Below, in pieces: positions 60,758 to 64,000 of a DNA stretch of 64,000 nucleotides. The stretch comes from an uncultured Acidobacteriota bacterium (GTDB lineage: Bacteria > Acidobacteriota > Vicinamibacteria > Vicinamibacterales > CAVPJW01), in NCBI GenBank assembly GCA_963705525.1, contig CAVPJW010000007.1:184355-248354 (forward strand), in the 5' to 3' direction. Position 1 is the first letter of the stretch. Each line of letters begins with the position of its first letter. Below the pieces are notes generated by a model. It searched no databases. It was given only the letters and a program-made list of their open reading frames with translations, and had not been told where the DNA came from. The translations under genes were made by a program, and so were the position numbers.

Positions 60758-62584
60758 ATGAGGCCCGGATTAGACCGCCGCGAATTTCTCAAGCGCTCGA
60801 TGCTCGGGACGGCAGCGACGCCACTCGCCGTCCGGACGATCGGACACACTGCCTCGCCGGCTGCCGCCAGACCCGACTCGCCAGCCAAAGTCTTTCTCCA
60901 CGAGTTCGACTATGAGGGTGTCCGACTGCTCGACGGCATGCTCAAGTCGCAGCACGACACGGCGCGCAACTACTACCTCAACATCCCGGACGACGATCTC
61001 CTGAAGGGATTCCGTGCACGAGCCGGACAACCGGCGCCCGGGAATGACATGGGCGGCTGGTACAGCGGCGATCCGAAGCGGCGTACGTGGTGGTCGGCCG
61101 GAGACACCTTCAATACCTTCGGCCAGTTCCTGAGCGGGATGGCGCGGATGTCCCGCGCTACCGGCGACGGGGAGATGTCTCGCAAAGCCGCCGGCCTGAT
61201 GCGCGAGTGGGGCAAGACGGTTGAAGCCGACGGCTACTTTTACTACTCACGCAAGCCGTGGCTTCCCCACTACATCTACGACAAAACGGTCTGCGGCCTG
61301 GTGGACCTCTGCAAGTATGCCGGGCAGAAGGATGCGCTGCCGCTCCTGAGCAGGATCACCGGCTGGGCCAACGCCAATCTCGATCGAAGCCGGAAGCCGG
61401 ACGACAACGGCGAATGGTACACGCTCAGCGAAAACCTCTACCGCGCGTACGAACTGACGGGCGATTCGACCTATCGCACGTTCGGCGATGTGTGGCGTTT
61501 CACGGATTACTGGAACGCTTTCAACGGCGGAACTGCCATCACCCGGCACGGCCACCACGCATACAGCCACGTAAATACTTTGAGCGGGGCGGCGATGGCC
61601 TATTCCGTCACGGGCGATCGCGCATACCTGGATGCCATCACACACGCGTTCGACTGGCTGCAGGAGACGCAGTGCTTCGCAACGGGCGGGTACGGACCGG
61701 ATGAGGATCTCGTTCCACCCGACGGCGAACTGGGCCGCCGGCTCGAAACGACCTACGCCTCGTTTGAAACCCCGTGCGGCAGCTGGGCGGCATTCAAGTT
61801 GAGCCGGTATCTGCTGCGGTTCACCGGCGAGGCGCGGTACGGCGACTGGATCGAACGGCTGCTTTACAACGCCATCGGGGGAGCAATCCCTATGGGCCCG
61901 AGAGGGCAAACGTTCTACTACTCCGATTACCGGATGGGTGGCGCCAGGAAGATCTATCACTTGGACGGCACGTGGCCGTGCTGTTCCGGCACGTACCCGC
62001 AGGTCGTGGCCGACTATCACAACGTGATCTACTTCAAGGACGCCGACGGTCTCTTCGTCAATCTGTTCGTCCCGTCTGAGGTCGCCTGGAACCAGTCGGG
62101 TGACGAGATCAAAGTGACGCAGGAGACGACTTATCCCGAATCCGACTCGACGACGCTGACGGTGGGTGTCGGCAAGCCCGTCGCGTTCGCGCTGCGGTTC
62201 CGAGTGCCCGGCTGGTCTCAGGGCATGTCGATCAGCATCAACGGCAGGCCCGTTCAGGCCGAGGCCAAACCTGGCACGTGGGCCCGTGTTCAGCGTTCGT
62301 GGAACCCTGGCGATCGCATCTCTCTTCAGATCCCGATGCGGCAGGGCACCAAGAGCGTCGACCCCCAGCACCCCAACAGAGTGGCGTTCACATACGGGCC
62401 GGTCGTCCTGGTTCAGACCGTCGAGCCCGTGCTCGGACTGCCGAGCGGGGACGTCGCTGGTTCCCTGCAGAAGAGGAATGGGCTGGAATTCTCGATCGCC
62501 GGACAGCAACAGGCGCCGCTGGTACCGTTCCACACAGTCGGCGCCGGGAAGCCCTACAACATGTACTTCGACATCAGGAGCTGA
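60758..62584 (+). CDS. Glycoside hydrolase family 127 (DUF1680, beta-L-arabinofuranosidase-like) with a Tat signal
   Basis: Tat motif: MRPGLDRREFLKRSMLGTAATPLAV. Also present: H.YSHVNTL, ETCG/ETPCGSW and the WPCCSGTY Cys cluster, characteristic of GH127. Confidence 0.75.
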   Translation: MRPGLDRREFLKRSMLGTAATPLAVRTIGHTASPAAARPDSPAKVFLHEFDYEGVRLLDGMLKSQHDTARNYYLNIPDDDLLKGFRARAGQPAPGNDMGGWYSGDPKRRTWWSAGDTFNTFGQFLSGMARMSRATGDGEMSRKAAGLMREWGKTVEADGYFYYSRKPWLPHYIYDKTVCGLVDLCKYAGQKDALPLLSRITGWANANLDRSRKPDDNGEWYTLSENLYRAYELTGDSTYRTFGDVWRFTDYWNAFNGGTAITRHGHHAYSHVNTLSGAAMAYSVTGDRAYLDAITHAFDWLQETQCFATGGYGPDEDLVPPDGELGRRLETTYASFETPCGSWAAFKLSRYLLRFTGEARYGDWIERLLYNAIGGAIPMGPRGQTFYYSDYRMGGARKIYHLDGTWPCCSGTYPQVVADYHNVIYFKDADGLFVNLFVPSEVAWNQSGDEIKVTQETTYPESDSTTLTVGVGKPVAFALRFRVPGWSQGMSISINGRPVQAEAKPGTWARVQRSWNPGDRISLQIPMRQGTKSVDPQHPNRVAFTYGPVVLVQTVEPVLGLPSGDVAGSLQKRNGLEFSIAGQQQAPLVPFHTVGAGKPYNMYFDIRS

Positions 62585-63596
62585 CGCGCCCGTCGATCCG
62601 AAATCCTTCCTTCAACGGATCATCGTCGTCGACGAGGAACTCGTGCTGGCCGGTCACCCAGGCCGATCCTTCGATCTCCGGCACGATCGCTTCGTGCTCG
62701 CCGACGACGGTCCGCGCCACAATCCTTCCTGAGAACGTCGTTCCGATCAGGCTTTCGTGAACGAACGGACTGTGGTCCTGAAGCAGGCCCATCGCCGAGA
62801 GCACAGCCATGACCGCGCAGGTGCCGGTGCCACAGGGTGAGCGATCGACCTCCGCATCCGCGAAGATCGTCACGTTACGCAGGTCGGCCGACGGGTGTCG
62901 GGGCGGCCCCGTGAAGATCGTCCCGTAGATTCCGCGCAGGTCCTTCTCCGATGGATGGACGATGGACTGCGTCGCTTCGACCGCCTGCTTGATCTCCATG
63001 CCGAGGCGACGCAGATCCCCGAGCCGGTTCTGCTCGACGGGCACACCGGCGGCCTCGCTATCGACGATGGCGTAAAAGGCGCCGCCGAATGCCACGTCAA
63101 CCGGAATCTCCCGTGACCCAATCCTCACGGAAAGGCCAGGCAGGTACACGAACGAGGGGACATTGGCAAACCGCACGCTTCTGACGCGGCGGTCCGACTC
63201 GGGTTCGAACTGTGCGGTCGCGCGGATCGGACCGGCTGGCGAATCGAGAACGATTCCGGCAGAGTCGGCGCGGTTCAGGATGAGTCGGTGCTCGAGCGCA
63301 ATCGATACCACGGCGATGATGCCGTGACCGCACATCGTGCTGTAGCCCTCGTTGTGCATGAACAGCACGCCGGCATCGGAACCAGGCGCGACCGGTTCGG
63401 TCAGGACGGCGCCGTACATGTCGAGGTGGCCTCGCGGCTCCTGCATGAGCGCGCGGCGGATCCAGTCGCAGTGAGACCGCACCCAGGCCCGCTTCTCGAG
63501 CATGGTCCGTCCTCGCGGCGAAGGAAACCCCTCCACGATGAGACGCAGCGGTTCGCCGGCGGCGTGTGCGTCGATGGTGCGAAGGCGGTGGATCAT
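62574..63596 (-). CDS. Proline racemase family enzyme (4-hydroxyproline 2-epimerase / proline racemase type, Cys-Cys pair)
   Basis: IDAHAAGEPLRLIV, STMCGHG (first catalytic Cys) and DRSPCGTGTCA (second catalytic Cys). Confidence 0.85.
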   Translation of the reverse strand: MIHRLRTIDAHAAGEPLRLIVEGFPSPRGRTMLEKRAWVRSHCDWIRRALMQEPRGHLDMYGAVLTEPVAPGSDAGVLFMHNEGYSTMCGHGIIAVVSIALEHRLILNRADSAGIVLDSPAGPIRATAQFEPESDRRVRSVRFANVPSFVYLPGLSVRIGSREIPVDVAFGGAFYAIVDSEAAGVPVEQNRLGDLRRLGMEIKQAVEATQSIVHPSEKDLRGIYGTIFTGPPRHPSADLRNVTIFADAEVDRSPCGTGTCAVMAVLSAMGLLQDHSPFVHESLIGTTFSGRIVARTVVGEHEAIVPEIEGSAWVTGQHEFLVDDDDPLKEGFRIDGRVSS

Positions 63597-63612
63597 GGAG
63601 AGAAGTTGTAGT

Positions 63613-63675
63613 GCTTAGTTCCTGGTGCTCAGTTCTTGGTGAGTTCCTAAGAACAAAGAACTAACCCCTAAGAAC
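63613..63675. repeat. Head-to-head (inverted) array of the same heptamer family: gcttagt tcctggt gctcagt tcttggt gagttcc | taagaac aaagaac taacccc taagaac
   Basis: Read directly from the sequence. A 7-nt phase is preserved across both halves, and the right half is the forward AAGAAC orientation seen at 4304-4344. It lies between divergent genes. Confidence 0.8.
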
Positions 63676-63701
63676 TTCGCGTCTTTAGACACCCAGCCGA
63701 T

Positions 63702-63707
63702 TATAAT
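63702..63707 (+). promoter_or_regulatory. -10 box TATAAT only 10 nt upstream of the OCD-family ATG (near-leaderless transcript)
   Basis: gatTATAATcgcccggcttATG. No SD lies between the box and the start codon. The geometry matches that at argC. Confidence 0.4.
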
Positions 63708-63717
63708 CGCCCGGCTT

Positions 63718-64000
63718 ATGCCTCTTATCCTGAGCGAGAACGACGTGCGTTCGGTTTTGACCATGGACGATCTCATCGCCACCATGGAGAAGGCGGTGGG
63801 TCATTTCTCGGCGGGCCATGCGCAGCAGCCAGTGCGCACGGTGCTGCCTGCCGCCTCCGGCGGCTTCTTCGGCGTCATGCCTGCCTATCTCTCGGAGCCA
63901 CGGGCGCTCGGCGCCAAGCTCGTCACGCTCTACACGAGCAACACCGCGAAGAACATTCCGACGCATCTTGCCACCATTGTCGTGCTCGATCCCGATACCG
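63718..64000 (+). CDS. Ornithine cyclodeaminase / mu-crystallin family protein, 5' part (runs off the window end)
   Basis: My own translation gives MPLILSENDVRSVLTMDDLIATMEKAVGHFSAGHAQQPVRTVLPAASGGFFGVMPAYLSEPRALGAKLVTLYTSN...HLATIVVLDPDT. This is the typical N-terminus of the OCD/mu-crystallin family. Confidence 0.75.
   Translation, partial: MPLILSENDVRSVLTMDDLIATMEKAVGHFSAGHAQQPVRTVLPAASGGFFGVMPAYLSEPRALGAKLVTLYTSNTAKNIPTHLATIVVLDPDT

Overview
64-kb high-GC bacterial chromosomal segment. Gene content suggests a soil Acidobacteria-like organism: an acidobacterial-type VWA protein, a CarboxypepD_reg-type TonB receptor and many Sec/Tat-exported hydrolases. I count about 60 tightly packed protein genes and found no rRNA, tRNA, CRISPR array, transposase or integrase. 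Blocks from left to right: (1) a cobalamin riboswitch controlling btuB-btuD-btuC-btuF plus a second binding protein without a signal peptide; (2) mqnD-like and membrane genes; (3) cysM-JAMM-(CysO-like::MoeZ::rhodanese fusion) directly followed by iscR-iscS-iscU; (4) SIMPL, hom, CoA-transferase, two orphans, ubiE; (5) queD/queC; (6) a DHS-like-DUF5615-nagA-DUF4097 operon; (7) a sigma-54 activator next to a membrane HD-GYP/GAF/degenerate-GGDEF protein; (8) fabI; (9) the arginine regulon argG-argR <> argC-argB-argD-GNAT-argJ-argF with three tandem ARG boxes; (10) a frameshifted acyl-CoA ligase; (11) two giant M14-like peptidase genes flanking a solitary DGQHR (DndB-like) gene, followed by a Tat-exported class-V PLP enzyme and a DUF5916 protein; (12) FTR1, VWA, GGT, GH127 and a proline-racemase-family/OCD pair. 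The most unusual items are the in-frame ubiquitin-like carrier-E1-rhodanese fusion with an internal Gly-Gly next to a JAMM protease, the isolated DGQHR gene with a long structured 3' region, a 1405-aa peptidase with a duplicated N-terminal module, a dispersed AAGAACY heptamer repeat family in intergenic DNA, and two apparent 1-nt frameshifts. All calls come from reading translations and motifs by eye. No database search was run.
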